Shown: one piece after another, positions 1 through 9,083 of the stretch | Layout: every line of letters starts with the position of its first letter | How positions within the stretch are numbered: the stretch's first letter is position 1 | Source of the DNA: a virus | Lineage: Duplodnaviria; Caudoviricetes | Virus record (IMG/VR): IMGVR_UViG_3300031660_000010 | Location: 1 to 41,577 of that record | DNA length: 41,577 nt | Direction: 5' to 3' (one strand) | Notes under the pieces: model-generated | Databases searched by the model: none | The model's input: only the letters and a program-made list of their open reading frames with translations | Told to the model about the DNA's origin: nothing | Program-made: the position numbers and the translations under genes

Positions 1-2
1 GA

Positions 3-347
3 GTATCATTTGAATGGAAGTCTAGTCCTGGACTAAGACCCGGCGGTAGAATCGACGATATTAAAACAACGTTTAATATAACTGCAATGATTAATACAAA
101 CACTCCTAAACTTATTAAAACTGATTCGGGCTATCAGTGGTATGAATCACATGAAGGATTTCCTAGTTCAGTAGGTGATTGGGATAGACTTAAAGAAATG
201 ATTGTTAAAGAAGTATTTGCAGAAGATACTATAACTACAACAGGGCCGGCACAACGAGATCAAAAGCTCGGCGAGCCATTAAAGGTTACTATAGGCGCTC
301 GCGGGTTTACTTATATAAACTCAATAGTACCGGATGGAGCTAACTAA
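3..347 (+). CDS. 3' end of a gene truncated by the window edge (position suggests a neck/head-completion gene; function not identifiable)
   Basis: Frame of the 87..347 ORF is open back to position 3 (VSFEWKSSPGLRPGGRIDDIKTTFNITAM...). Its TAA abuts the ATG of the gp15-like gene. Confidence 0.65.
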   Translation, partial: VSFEWKSSPGLRPGGRIDDIKTTFNITAMINTNTPKLIKTDSGYQWYESHEGFPSSVGDWDRLKEMIVKEVFAEDTITTTGPAQRDQKLGEPLKVTIGARGFTYINSIVPDGAN

Positions 348-1856
348 ATGCAGCATTTTTATGATGGGCAAATACGCAGGTATATAACACAAATTGTTCG
401 CCTAATGAGTAACTTTAGTTACAAAGACGGTAAGGGTGCATTAACACAAGTGCCAGTATTGTACGGAGATTTAACTCGTCAAGTTGCAAACATTATTAGA
501 GAGAATAGTGAGAATAAAATACCAAGCGCACCTCGTATGGCAGTATACATTACTGGACTTGAAATGGATCGCGATCGGCTAAGTGACAGTAGCTATGTTA
601 ATAAAGTTAACATACGAGAACAAGCATATGATAGTACTGGAAAAGAATATTTAAATAAAGAAGGTAAAAACTATACTGTAGAACGCTTAATGCCTACTCC
701 TTATACATTAACAGTAAATGTAGATGTATGGAGTTCTAATACAGATCAAAAATTACAAATTCTAGAACAAGTATTAATGTTGTTTAATCCAAGTTTAGAA
801 ATTCAAACAACAGATAACTACGTCGACTGGACAAGTTTAAGTGTAGTAAATATGACAGGTCTTACATTTAGTAGCAGAAGTATTCCTGTAGGAACAGAGA
901 GCGATATTGATATTGCAACACTAACATTTAGTACACCAATATACATTAGTCCCCCTGTTAAAGTTAAACGTCTAGGGGTAATTACATCTGTTATACAAAG
1001 TATATTCAACGAAAGTCAAGGCACAATTGATTTAGATCTATCAAGAGCAGGTAGCGGTTTTGAAGATACTCCGCAAGCTAATACTAAGACTAAAGTAGTA
1101 GCTGTTGATAATTTTGATAGCGTTACCGGAGTTGAAGAACAAATTATAAATGAAGGTGCAACTGTTGTCGACGTTGACTCTCCTATAATTAATTCACATG
1201 ATAATTACGGCTTATTAGTAATGGGCACAACTGCTAAACTAGTCCATAAAGGCGTAGTTGGATCTGAAACATGGACTGGATATTTAAAAGGTATGCCGTT
1301 TGAATTTAGTACAGGTGTTACCGAATTACGGTTGTCTAGACAAGACTTAACAAATGATATTATAGGCACTGTTGTAGTTAATTCAGTTGATCCTTACGAA
1401 TTAGCTATTACATGGGATACTGATAGTTTACCTGCAGACACAGTTATTTCTGGACCAAATGGCGATAAGAATAAAATTGATTATATTATTAATCCGTATA
1501 AAACTAATCCAACTTCATTAAAATCAGGCAATCCGCGGATACTAATATTATCTGATATTAATGACAGTGAAAATGTTGGACAAGATGCTGGATACGAAAC
1601 ACCTGATAACTATGTGTATGACGGTCCTGATGCATGGAAAAATACAGACGGCACTGACTTTGTAGCTAGTGCTAATGACATTATCGAATGGAATGGTACT
1701 GCTTGGACTATTGTGTTTGACTCAAGTGCGCAAGACAGTACAGTTATATATACTTCAAATCTTACTACTGGCAAGCAATACAAATACGAAAACAACGAAT
1801 GGGTACTAGCATACGACGGCGAATATCCAAGAGGCAGCTGGAGATTAGCGTACTAA
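348..1856 (+). CDS. T4 gp15-like tail terminator / tail sheath stabiliser with C-terminal extension
   Basis: N-terminus FYDGQIRRYITQ..SNF, VPVLYG, PRMAVYITGLEMDRDR and PTPYTLTVNVDVW..NTDQKLQILEQVLMLFNP match gp15-family motifs recalled from T4-like phages. About 250 extra C-terminal residues. Confidence 0.8.
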   Translation: MQHFYDGQIRRYITQIVRLMSNFSYKDGKGALTQVPVLYGDLTRQVANIIRENSENKIPSAPRMAVYITGLEMDRDRLSDSSYVNKVNIREQAYDSTGKEYLNKEGKNYTVERLMPTPYTLTVNVDVWSSNTDQKLQILEQVLMLFNPSLEIQTTDNYVDWTSLSVVNMTGLTFSSRSIPVGTESDIDIATLTFSTPIYISPPVKVKRLGVITSVIQSIFNESQGTIDLDLSRAGSGFEDTPQANTKTKVVAVDNFDSVTGVEEQIINEGATVVDVDSPIINSHDNYGLLVMGTTAKLVHKGVVGSETWTGYLKGMPFEFSTGVTELRLSRQDLTNDIIGTVVVNSVDPYELAITWDTDSLPADTVISGPNGDKNKIDYIINPYKTNPTSLKSGNPRILILSDINDSENVGQDAGYETPDNYVYDGPDAWKNTDGTDFVASANDIIEWNGTAWTIVFDSSAQDSTVIYTSNLTTGKQYKYENNEWVLAYDGEYPRGSWRLAY

Positions 1857-1869
1857 GATAATTATTAGT

Positions 1870-2313
1870 ATGAAGCTAGATAATATCATTTGTAGTGGCG
1901 CTATTGTGTACGCCCTTAATACTAAACGTTTTTTATTTTTACATAGAGCACAAGGTCGGCATAATAATCTTTGGGGTCTAGTTGGCGGCACTAATGAAGG
2001 TGCAGAAACTCCATGGGAAGGTTTAAAGCGTGAAATCTTTGAAGAGATTGGCGAAGTTGATATTATAAAAACAATGCCGTTAGAAACATTTATTAGTAAT
2101 GATACTAGGTTTCATTTTCACACGTATCTATGTGTAATACAAGAAGAATTTATGCCTGCATTAAATGTAGAACATAACGGATATGCCTGGGTAGAATTCG
2201 GTAAGTGGCCAAAGCCATTACATCACGGATTAAACAATACCCTTCGGCATAAAGTTAATTTAGAAAAACTTAAAACAGTATTCAAAGTTATAGATTTATT
2301 AGATCATAGTTGA
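1870..2313 (+). CDS. Nudix hydrolase
   Basis: Complete Nudix box G-TNEGA-E-TPWEGLK-RE-IF-EE-I-G (GX5EX7REUXEEXG). Confidence 0.92.
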   Translation: MKLDNIICSGAIVYALNTKRFLFLHRAQGRHNNLWGLVGGTNEGAETPWEGLKREIFEEIGEVDIIKTMPLETFISNDTRFHFHTYLCVIQEEFMPALNVEHNGYAWVEFGKWPKPLHHGLNNTLRHKVNLEKLKTVFKVIDLLDHS

Positions 2314-2514
2314 GATCAAAATAGTTTGACCTTCCCAATCATTAACCTTTAACTTCTTTTGTAAATTAAGTCTATAAGCAAATGCATCTGCCTTACGTTG
2401 TGCAAGGGCAGCAGTCTGTGTAGGACGTCCTTGTAGAGCATCTTGATCAAACTCTCGTTGTACTTCATTCTTACTTGGTGAGTAAGCTCTTATTTCATAT
2501 ATCATTTTTGACAT
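2299..2514 (-). CDS. small hypothetical protein (71 aa)
   Basis: AAGGAG RBS ahead of the ATG and a late-promoter-like AATAAATA just upstream. Overlaps the convergent Nudix gene by 15 nt. Confidence 0.7.
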   Translation of the reverse strand: MSKMIYEIRAYSPSKNEVQREFDQDALQGRPTQTAALAQRKADAFAYRLNLQKKLKVNDWEGQTILISTMI

Positions 2515-2536
2515 TTATCGACTCCTTGCGTACATG

Positions 2537-2544
2537 TATTTATT
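2537..2544 (-). promoter_or_regulatory. T4-type late promoter-like motif (AATAAATA)
   Basis: Reverse complement of tatttatt, ~22 nt upstream of the 2514 start. One mismatch to TATAAATA. Confidence 0.5.
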
Positions 2545-2644
2545 GTAAACTAAAATTATATGCAATCGAAATCCTAGTTTCATCACTATGATTAGGTTCA
2601 ACATAATGTGTTAACCACCCAGGAAATAATGGTGTTACAATCAT
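2540..2644 (-). pseudogene. internally deleted TIGR02466-type 2OG-Fe(II) oxygenase remnant (34 aa)
   Basis: Hand translation: MIVTPLFPGWLTHYVEPNHSDETRISIAYNFSLQ*. ATGA overlap with the halogenase stop. C-terminal motif LFPxWLxH...RISIAYN matches the intact neighbours. Confidence 0.8.
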
Positions 2645-4176
2645 TTATGAAACTGTCCATAATACTCTACGCTTGTAGGGAATGTATCTGTTATTTTTTT
2701 CTTACTAATGTTATTAGGTTTAATAATAGTATCTAAATTATATATTTGATCAGGAAACGTGTCGCTCCAAAAATTCATATTACTATGTTTAAAGGACGAA
2801 TACGGATTTATTTTATGTCCAGCTAACATATATGTATTTGCTCCTAGATTTTGAAATCTATCAGGAATTGAAAGATAGTTAGCTCCTCTTAAATTATATA
2901 TTTCTTTTAATAATAAACTATCGTTAAACTCTTGATTTTGTATGTCACGCCAGTATTGTGTGTCGTCTCTTACTGTCATTGCATAATGTATTGTAACAAA
3001 ATCAGCAAAGTCCAAAAACTGTTCTTTATTAACATGGTTAAATGTATGTGCGTCAAAATTATTTAATGTGTCTTTACCTTCTGCAATATTAACAAAGTTT
3101 AATAGAAATTCGTGGACGCTCATTAATCCGTTAGATTCTAAAGGTTCAATAAATGCTCCACTAAGGCCAATACTTACACAGTTTTTAACCCATAAACGTT
3201 TGCTCATACCGTTACGCATTTTAATATGACGGAACTCCATTTCGTTAGCAACTGGTCCTAGGTATTCTTTAAATTCTGCTAGTGCTTGTTCGTCACTAAT
3301 GTATTTACTTGCATAATTATACCCTGTGCCAATACGCTCCCATGTAGGTATCTCCCATACCCATCCATAATCAAGTGCTACACTATTAGTATACAATCGT
3401 AGTTCTTTTTCTTTATCTTTATATGGCCTTGCTGCTGCCCAGGCGCTATCAGTATAAGTTTTATTATTAAACTCTACCCAAGGTTCGTTCATTGCACCTT
3501 CGATTAATACCCGCTTGAATCCTGTGCAATCAAAAAACAAATCGCCAGTTATATTGCCTTGCTTAGTATGTACACTAGTAATAAATCCTTCAGCATCAGT
3601 TGTTGTGTCAGTTACATGTGCAACTACACGCTTTACTCCTTTAGGTAAACAGTAATCGTCTCGCAAGTATGCATAAAATTTATGTGTGTCAAAGTGCCAG
3701 GCAGCATCGTTTTCTAAACTCCAGGTAGTTCCAACAAAATTATCACCAAATGGTGTTGTTGGAACTTTGTTAGTATCTAAACATTCGCTTATAGGTGACA
3801 TATCAGATACTAAGTCCTCAAATGAAACTCCTGTTAAAGACTGATGTGCAAACCAATCTGCAACATTAAAGTATCTTTCATCTAGTCTTCCAAATGGATA
3901 ATGAAATCCTACTCCGTCTTTTTTGTGAAAGTTTTCAAATCTAATACTTAACTTATTAGTTGCATTACATTTTGTTAAAAAGTCAATATCTGGTATTTCT
4001 AAAAAATGTTGCCAGCGCCGCATAAGTTGTGTTGTACTTTCGCCTACGCCAACAGCACTAACATCAGCAGATTCTACTACAGTAATATTTTTATTTGGAA
4101 ATACCTTTATAAGAGTAGCTGCGGTCATCCAACCTGCACTACCTCCACCTACAATTACAATATTATCAAATTTCAT
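2641..4176 (-). CDS. flavin-dependent (tryptophan halogenase family) halogenase 3
   Basis: VGGGSAG FAD motif, VGVGEST, catalytic Lys in ATNKLSIRF, GWVWEIP (WxWxIP), FIEPLESNG. Confidence 0.92.
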   Translation of the reverse strand: MKFDNIVIVGGGSAGWMTAATLIKVFPNKNITVVESADVSAVGVGESTTQLMRRWQHFLEIPDIDFLTKCNATNKLSIRFENFHKKDGVGFHYPFGRLDERYFNVADWFAHQSLTGVSFEDLVSDMSPISECLDTNKVPTTPFGDNFVGTTWSLENDAAWHFDTHKFYAYLRDDYCLPKGVKRVVAHVTDTTTDAEGFITSVHTKQGNITGDLFFDCTGFKRVLIEGAMNEPWVEFNNKTYTDSAWAAARPYKDKEKELRLYTNSVALDYGWVWEIPTWERIGTGYNYASKYISDEQALAEFKEYLGPVANEMEFRHIKMRNGMSKRLWVKNCVSIGLSGAFIEPLESNGLMSVHEFLLNFVNIAEGKDTLNNFDAHTFNHVNKEQFLDFADFVTIHYAMTVRDDTQYWRDIQNQEFNDSLLLKEIYNLRGANYLSIPDRFQNLGANTYMLAGHKINPYSSFKHSNMNFWSDTFPDQIYNLDTIIKPNNISKKKITDTFPTSVEYYGQFHK

Positions 4177-4179
4177 ATA

Positions 4180-4725
4180 TTATTTTCCATAGTTTAATTC
4201 AACATCACTGTTAAAGCTAACAATGGTCTTAGTTGTTGTGTTTTCGTTCACAGGAGCACGGTGAATAACAAAGCTAGGAAATGTTAATACATCTCCTTCC
4301 TTAACATCCATAGTAATAACTTCTGTTTGATTCCACGGGTTTATTAATTGTGTTTGTGGAGAACCTTCTGGCATATCTAAGTAGTAAACATTAGACCATT
4401 GGCACTGCGTATGTATGTGCCAGCCATGTGTGCTTCCTTCATTATATTGTTGAAACCAAATGTTATATATCTTAAATGCATCATACCCTAGGTCTTTGCA
4501 TACATGAGTCATATTCTCTAGTATGTACGGCTGTATTAATTTAGTCCAAGATCGGTCCTTATCTGACATTTTATAATCACAATTACTAATATCTAAAGTA
4601 TCTCCCTCTACTATTTGTTCTCCACTTACTTCGGAATTAATTAGTGCAAGTACATCAGCTTTAATTTTAGTATGGTCCTTTAATTGTGATATTACAACAG
4701 GCATATCTAATTTTATCTTTTTCAT
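4180..4725 (-). CDS. 2OG-Fe(II) oxygenase, TIGR02466-like (HxH...H)
   Basis: WFQQY..HGWHIH..WSNVYYL...FPSFVIHRA...KTIVSFN. Confidence 0.82.
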   Translation of the reverse strand: MKKIKLDMPVVISQLKDHTKIKADVLALINSEVSGEQIVEGDTLDISNCDYKMSDKDRSWTKLIQPYILENMTHVCKDLGYDAFKIYNIWFQQYNEGSTHGWHIHTQCQWSNVYYLDMPEGSPQTQLINPWNQTEVITMDVKEGDVLTFPSFVIHRAPVNENTTTKTIVSFNSDVELNYGK

Positions 4726-5336
4726 TAGTTTTTTAATTCTATATTTGCTGTGGAATCTGTTCCCATATTATAGTTAATCTTACCTGTTGGCAATACATTA
4801 AAGGAAATATTCCATCTTTCAAAATCATCAATATGCGGCTTAGTCCAGTGATACAACCAGCTCGGAAATAATAATAGTTTGCCCGGCATTGGTGCAATAT
4901 ATTCAAACGGGGCATACCCGTCGGATCTAAGAACTTCTAATTGATTCATAGTTCTTGGCATTACTGGATCTTCAAATCCAACAGGCGCACCTTCGGTCAT
5001 ATAAAAGATTCCGCTAAGATAACTCATAGAATGTCTATGAAATTTATGATTCATCCCACTGTTTGGTTTTGACATATTACACCAAGAAGACGATATTTCA
5101 AATTTCTCACAATCATAACTATACCTAGTTCTAACGTCTTCTAAACATTCGTTTATAAATTCAAATGGTTCGTTATAATGCGGAATTGTGTGTATATTGG
5201 CTAACGAAGAATATGCTTCATGCTCTTTAAACGCTTCGTTTCTTAGTAACTCAATAATGACATCGTATGTTTTTCCAGTTTGCTGGTACTCTAATACTTC
5301 AACTGGAAACAGTGAATGTGTTTTAGGTTTTGTCAT
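4725..5336 (-). CDS. 2OG-Fe(II) oxygenase, TIGR02466 family
   Basis: N-terminal LFP, SWCN..HRH..LSGIFY, LLFPSWLYH...RWNISFN. Confidence 0.88.
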   Translation of the reverse strand: MTKPKTHSLFPVEVLEYQQTGKTYDVIIELLRNEAFKEHEAYSSLANIHTIPHYNEPFEFINECLEDVRTRYSYDCEKFEISSSWCNMSKPNSGMNHKFHRHSMSYLSGIFYMTEGAPVGFEDPVMPRTMNQLEVLRSDGYAPFEYIAPMPGKLLLFPSWLYHWTKPHIDDFERWNISFNVLPTGKINYNMGTDSTANIELKN

Positions 5337-5338
5337 TA

Positions 5339-6034
5339 TTAATGCCCGCTATTACGTCTAGTACTGACGGCTTCACCGTTAGCATTTTTCATAGTTTCCA
5401 TTTGTGTGGCTAAGTTATCATGTACTAATTGATTAGCAGTTTCCCAAGGCATTCCCATTGCTGGTCTGCCGTCCCACTTTAGGTCTCTACTCTGCCCGGC
5501 AGCATCGACATATTGTATAAATGCTTGTATTTGTTCTGTACCTTTAAATGCACCTTCGCGCCAATGGTTAAGATCCCTTCCTGGATAAATTAATACATCT
5601 CCTACCCCTAAAGATACGTATTCAAGAGTTTTATTTTTATGTTTTACTACTAACTGCCAATCATCATGTACTGGATCATTTTCTAAACATAACGATATTG
5701 TATATTCAGAACTGCTACGATCTAAATGCGGATCTAGCCTCGCATTAGTTCTATATATTCTTCCATATGAGTATGTAGGCAACAGTTTCTTACCAACAGC
5801 TTCTTCAATATGCGGCTGTATTAGCAATGATAGTGTTTCTATAAATATTGGAGAATATATTGAAAAACTTTCAGTAAGTCCAATTTCTTTACCTACCCCA
5901 TCACCTCCTCCATCCATTAGATCTACACAAGTTGATACCATTCTAAATTCTGCACTAGCAAACTTACATATTTCTTCGCTAACTACGTTGCGCAATACTA
6001 TTGCAAAATCTTTTGAGTCTAATTCATTAATCAT
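5339..6034 (-). CDS. 2OG-Fe(II) oxygenase (prolyl-hydroxylase-like, phage type)
   Basis: PTYSYGRIY..LDPHLDR (HxD), GDVLIYPG..LNHWRE, QAFIQYVD. Confidence 0.85.
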   Translation of the reverse strand: MINELDSKDFAIVLRNVVSEEICKFASAEFRMVSTCVDLMDGGGDGVGKEIGLTESFSIYSPIFIETLSLLIQPHIEEAVGKKLLPTYSYGRIYRTNARLDPHLDRSSSEYTISLCLENDPVHDDWQLVVKHKNKTLEYVSLGVGDVLIYPGRDLNHWREGAFKGTEQIQAFIQYVDAAGQSRDLKWDGRPAMGMPWETANQLVHDNLATQMETMKNANGEAVSTRRNSGH

Positions 6035-6582
6035 AATACTGGTACCATTCCAAATTGATCATACGGTGTTCCTGTTTCATCATGTACATCAAATCCTAAA
6101 GTTAATCGATGTCCTTCAAAAGCAGAAAGTGATTCTACTTTATGTCGCCTATGTCCAGGGCCAATGTATATATTTCCTACTTCATTGTTAATATCATATT
6201 CCTCAAATAGCGTTGTGCTATCTTTAGGATCTATACAAACATATCCATGCCACGGATAGTCGTGTCCGTGCCAATCTAATACTTCATTGTGCAAATGACG
6301 ATTTAACCAACTTTGCATCCACAAAGGTCTATCGTCGCCTACGTGTTCTCTAATAATACTACATACTTCTTTAAATAAATTAAAAAATGTAGGTGACGGT
6401 GATGTAACTGCAAATATGTTATAATATCTATAGTTCCAAGTTAAATCTGTTACTGACAAATGTTCTTTTACATGAGCCTGTGCTATATCTAAGTCATTAA
6501 TCATTAGCAATTGATGATCAATTACTGTTTGTGATTTATGTATTTTATAATCCATAGAATCTAAAAGTGTGCTTAAAATCAA
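6031..6582 (-). CDS. 2OG-Fe(II) oxygenase-like (HxH...H)
   Basis: SWLN..DWHGH..HGYVCI...GPGHRRHKV...RLTLGFD. TTG start overlaps the upstream stop; alternative ATG at 6555. Confidence 0.75.
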   Translation of the reverse strand: MILSTLLDSMDYKIHKSQTVIDHQLLMINDLDIAQAHVKEHLSVTDLTWNYRYYNIFAVTSPSPTFFNLFKEVCSIIREHVGDDRPLWMQSWLNRHLHNEVLDWHGHDYPWHGYVCIDPKDSTTLFEEYDINNEVGNIYIGPGHRRHKVESLSAFEGHRLTLGFDVHDETGTPYDQFGMVPVL

Positions 6583-7181
6583 AATATTTTTCCTAAATTA
6601 ATGTTTAGTACGCATCTATAATTGCTTTTTTTAGCAAATGAACTTGCATGATAATAATGTCCAGGAAATACAACTACCTTTCCCTTTTCAGGAGTTATTC
6701 TTTGTTTAACAGTAAATTTGTTTTCTTTCATTACATCAAAGTCTTCACTATAATCTTCATTTGTTTCATTAAAAATAACAGTATCCCCGTCGCTGTCATT
6801 TACATAATAAATTGCATTATAGTGCGGATACATACTATCAATGTGCGGCATATGCCAAGGAAGCGTTGACAATGGATTTGCGTAAGTTAAGTTAAACCGC
6901 ATCCTTTCAAGTAGGTTAAATTTAATATCAGTACCCTTTAATTGATCTACTATACTTAGATACAACGGGTATATAGAATCAAATGTTGGCGACACTTGTT
7001 TTTGTTCTTCAAAAAGAAAGTGATTAAACCCTTGAATATTTGCTTCATCTTTTAATGTTGCTTCGGGAGTAACTAGGTTAGTATTAAAATACCAAGGAAA
7101 CTGTAAGCTAGTAACTTTCTCATGTATAAAGTCTTGATATCCTGGCGATACTACATTTCTAATTTCGATAATATCGTTCAT
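6579..7181 (-). CDS. 2OG-Fe(II) oxygenase (paralog of 8508..9083)
   Basis: FPWYF, PHID, AIYYVNDSDGDTVIF, FPGHYYHASS, RCVLNIN. Confidence 0.87.
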   Translation of the reverse strand: MNDIIEIRNVVSPGYQDFIHEKVTSLQFPWYFNTNLVTPEATLKDEANIQGFNHFLFEEQKQVSPTFDSIYPLYLSIVDQLKGTDIKFNLLERMRFNLTYANPLSTLPWHMPHIDSMYPHYNAIYYVNDSDGDTVIFNETNEDYSEDFDVMKENKFTVKQRITPEKGKVVVFPGHYYHASSFAKKSNYRCVLNINLGKIF

Positions 7182-7885
7182 TATCCGCCCCTTGCAAAAA
7201 ATACTAATGTTAATCTAGCACTATCGTCTGTTGAGCCAAAGAACTCATTAGGAGAATGCCAAACTTTTGGGTCAAACATTACACATCTGTTATATACATT
7301 TTCAATAACAGTATTAGGTGTAAAGAAAGATCGGTGCTCTTCTCTATACTTGCTTATACTTTCTCTGTCTTTGGGCGTAGCATACAATATGTCTTGTTTA
7401 AACTTATCATTATATTTGGCAGCCTGAGCATCGTGTCGATCGTTATATATTGTTGTACCGCTATTAGCAGCTGGATTAGGATTTAAATATATTAACCCAG
7501 ACACAGATAGCGTAGGATCATCGTCGTGTACCCATCCATTGCCATAACTACTATCGATCAAATGGAAGTTTGCCCATAAATCACTAAATCCACGAAACAT
7601 AGGTAAGTGCTTCAGTAGTCCTCTAGCTAGCAGTTCAAATGACTCGCCGTCAATTTGATTTAAAAAGGGACTTCGCTTTCCTGGATATGTACTAGGGTTT
7701 TCTCCAGCAACTTCGTAATGCTGTGATAATGCTAATTTTCTCCACAAACTAGGACTTTCAAAGAAGTTATCAATTATCTTAGTAGGTAAAAACTTTGTTT
7801 TTCTTCTATTTTTTAAGTCGTTCTTAGCAATAAGCTCTGCACTATTTCGTGCATTATTATTGATAGTAGTTATATCAATTGTCAT
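7181..7885 (-). CDS. 2OG-Fe(II) oxygenase, DUF6445-like (tandem paralog of 7885..8508)
   Basis: IIDNFF..P, YPGKR, GWVHDD, GLIYLN..SGTTIY, YNRCVMFD..WHS, RLTLVFF. Confidence 0.85.
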   Translation of the reverse strand: MTIDITTINNNARNSAELIAKNDLKNRRKTKFLPTKIIDNFFESPSLWRKLALSQHYEVAGENPSTYPGKRSPFLNQIDGESFELLARGLLKHLPMFRGFSDLWANFHLIDSSYGNGWVHDDDPTLSVSGLIYLNPNPAANSGTTIYNDRHDAQAAKYNDKFKQDILYATPKDRESISKYREEHRSFFTPNTVIENVYNRCVMFDPKVWHSPNEFFGSTDDSARLTLVFFARGG

Positions 7886-8508
7886 TATGTGTTCCCAAAA
7901 AATACTAATGTTAATCTAGTGTCGTCTTTAGTGGTACCAAAGAAGTTATCAGCACTGTGCCAAGTCCTTGGATCAAACATTACACATCTATTCCATACAC
8001 AATCTACATTTATTGCTGGTTTAAAAAATGCACGTTGTTCATCTCTATATTTTGCATATCCTTTTCTTACTTCTGGATCTGTACTTAATACATCTTCCTG
8101 AAACAATTTAGAATAATGCTCTCCGTTAATATCAGCTGCGCCTTCGTACATAGTAGTTCCGGTATTTAACGTAGCACCTTTATTTAAATATATAATACCT
8201 GCAACGTCATGTTCTGGATTGTCGTCATGCACCCATCCTTTACCCCAGGTCTCGTCTATTAGCTGAAAGGTAGATTCTACTTTGCTTAGACCAGTAAACA
8301 TAGGTAACTGTTCTAGTAATCTAATTTCTAATATTTCGTATAGTTCAGAACTTAATTCACTTAACATTGCTGTTCTTGTGCCTGGCCAAGTGCCCCTTTC
8401 GCCTTTATAGTATTCTTGAGCTAATGCAAAGTCTCTCCATAAACTAGGAGTTTCAAAAAAGTTATCAATTATAGTAGTAGGAATGTGGGGGCGATCGGCT
8501 CGTACCAT
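7885..8508 (-). CDS. 2OG-Fe(II) oxygenase, DUF6445-like
   Basis: IIDNFFETP, WPGTR, GWVHDD, GIIYLN..TGTTMY, WNRCVMFD..WHS, RLTLVFF. Confidence 0.85.
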   Translation of the reverse strand: MVRADRPHIPTTIIDNFFETPSLWRDFALAQEYYKGERGTWPGTRTAMLSELSSELYEILEIRLLEQLPMFTGLSKVESTFQLIDETWGKGWVHDDNPEHDVAGIIYLNKGATLNTGTTMYEGAADINGEHYSKLFQEDVLSTDPEVRKGYAKYRDEQRAFFKPAINVDCVWNRCVMFDPRTWHSADNFFGTTKDDTRLTLVFFGNT

Positions 8509-9083
8509 TAAATTTTCTCCGCAGTAAAGTTCATAGTTAACACTATTCTTGACGGTTCCATTTTAGGACACGAACTTGCATGATAGTGGTTGCCGTCAAA
8601 TATAGTAAATTTGCCTGCCTCTGGAGTACTACGATGCTTAGTGGAATACTTGTCGCTTTCCTCAGTTTGATTAAAAATGATTGTGTCGCCATCGCAGGTA
8701 TTTAAATAGTACAATGCAGTATAATGATCAACGTCAAAATCAACATGCGGAGTATTATACACATATGGCATATTTGGTAATGTATAACGGGTTTTTAAAA
8801 GAAATCCTAATCTAAGACGCAATGTTGATACTAGCTTTAGACCTGCTGCTTCTATACCCTTTAAATACATTGGTGTAAATATATCTAGATATTCGCTTTG
8901 ATTGCCATCACTAGCAAATAATAAATGAGAAAATCCCGGAGTACTAATACTTTTTTTATTTCCTAATTCGTATGTAGTATCTTCTAAATAATGCCAAGGA
9001 AAATCAACGCCTGTTACAGTATTATACATTTTACGTTGGTATTCACTATCAACTAAGTTTGGTATTTCTATAATATCAGTCAT
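8508..9083 (-). CDS. 2OG-Fe(II) oxygenase (paralog of 6579..7181)
   Basis: FPWHY, PHVD, ALYYLNTCDGDTIIF, FDGNHYHASS, RIVLTMNF. Confidence 0.87.
   Translation of the reverse strand: MTDIIEIPNLVDSEYQRKMYNTVTGVDFPWHYLEDTTYELGNKKSISTPGFSHLLFASDGNQSEYLDIFTPMYLKGIEAAGLKLVSTLRLRLGFLLKTRYTLPNMPYVYNTPHVDFDVDHYTALYYLNTCDGDTIIFNQTEESDKYSTKHRSTPEAGKFTIFDGNHYHASSCPKMEPSRIVLTMNFTAEKI

Noticed and set aside
1857-1864. GATAATTA as a late promoter for the Nudix gene
   Set aside because: Two mismatches in very AT-rich DNA. Could be chance.
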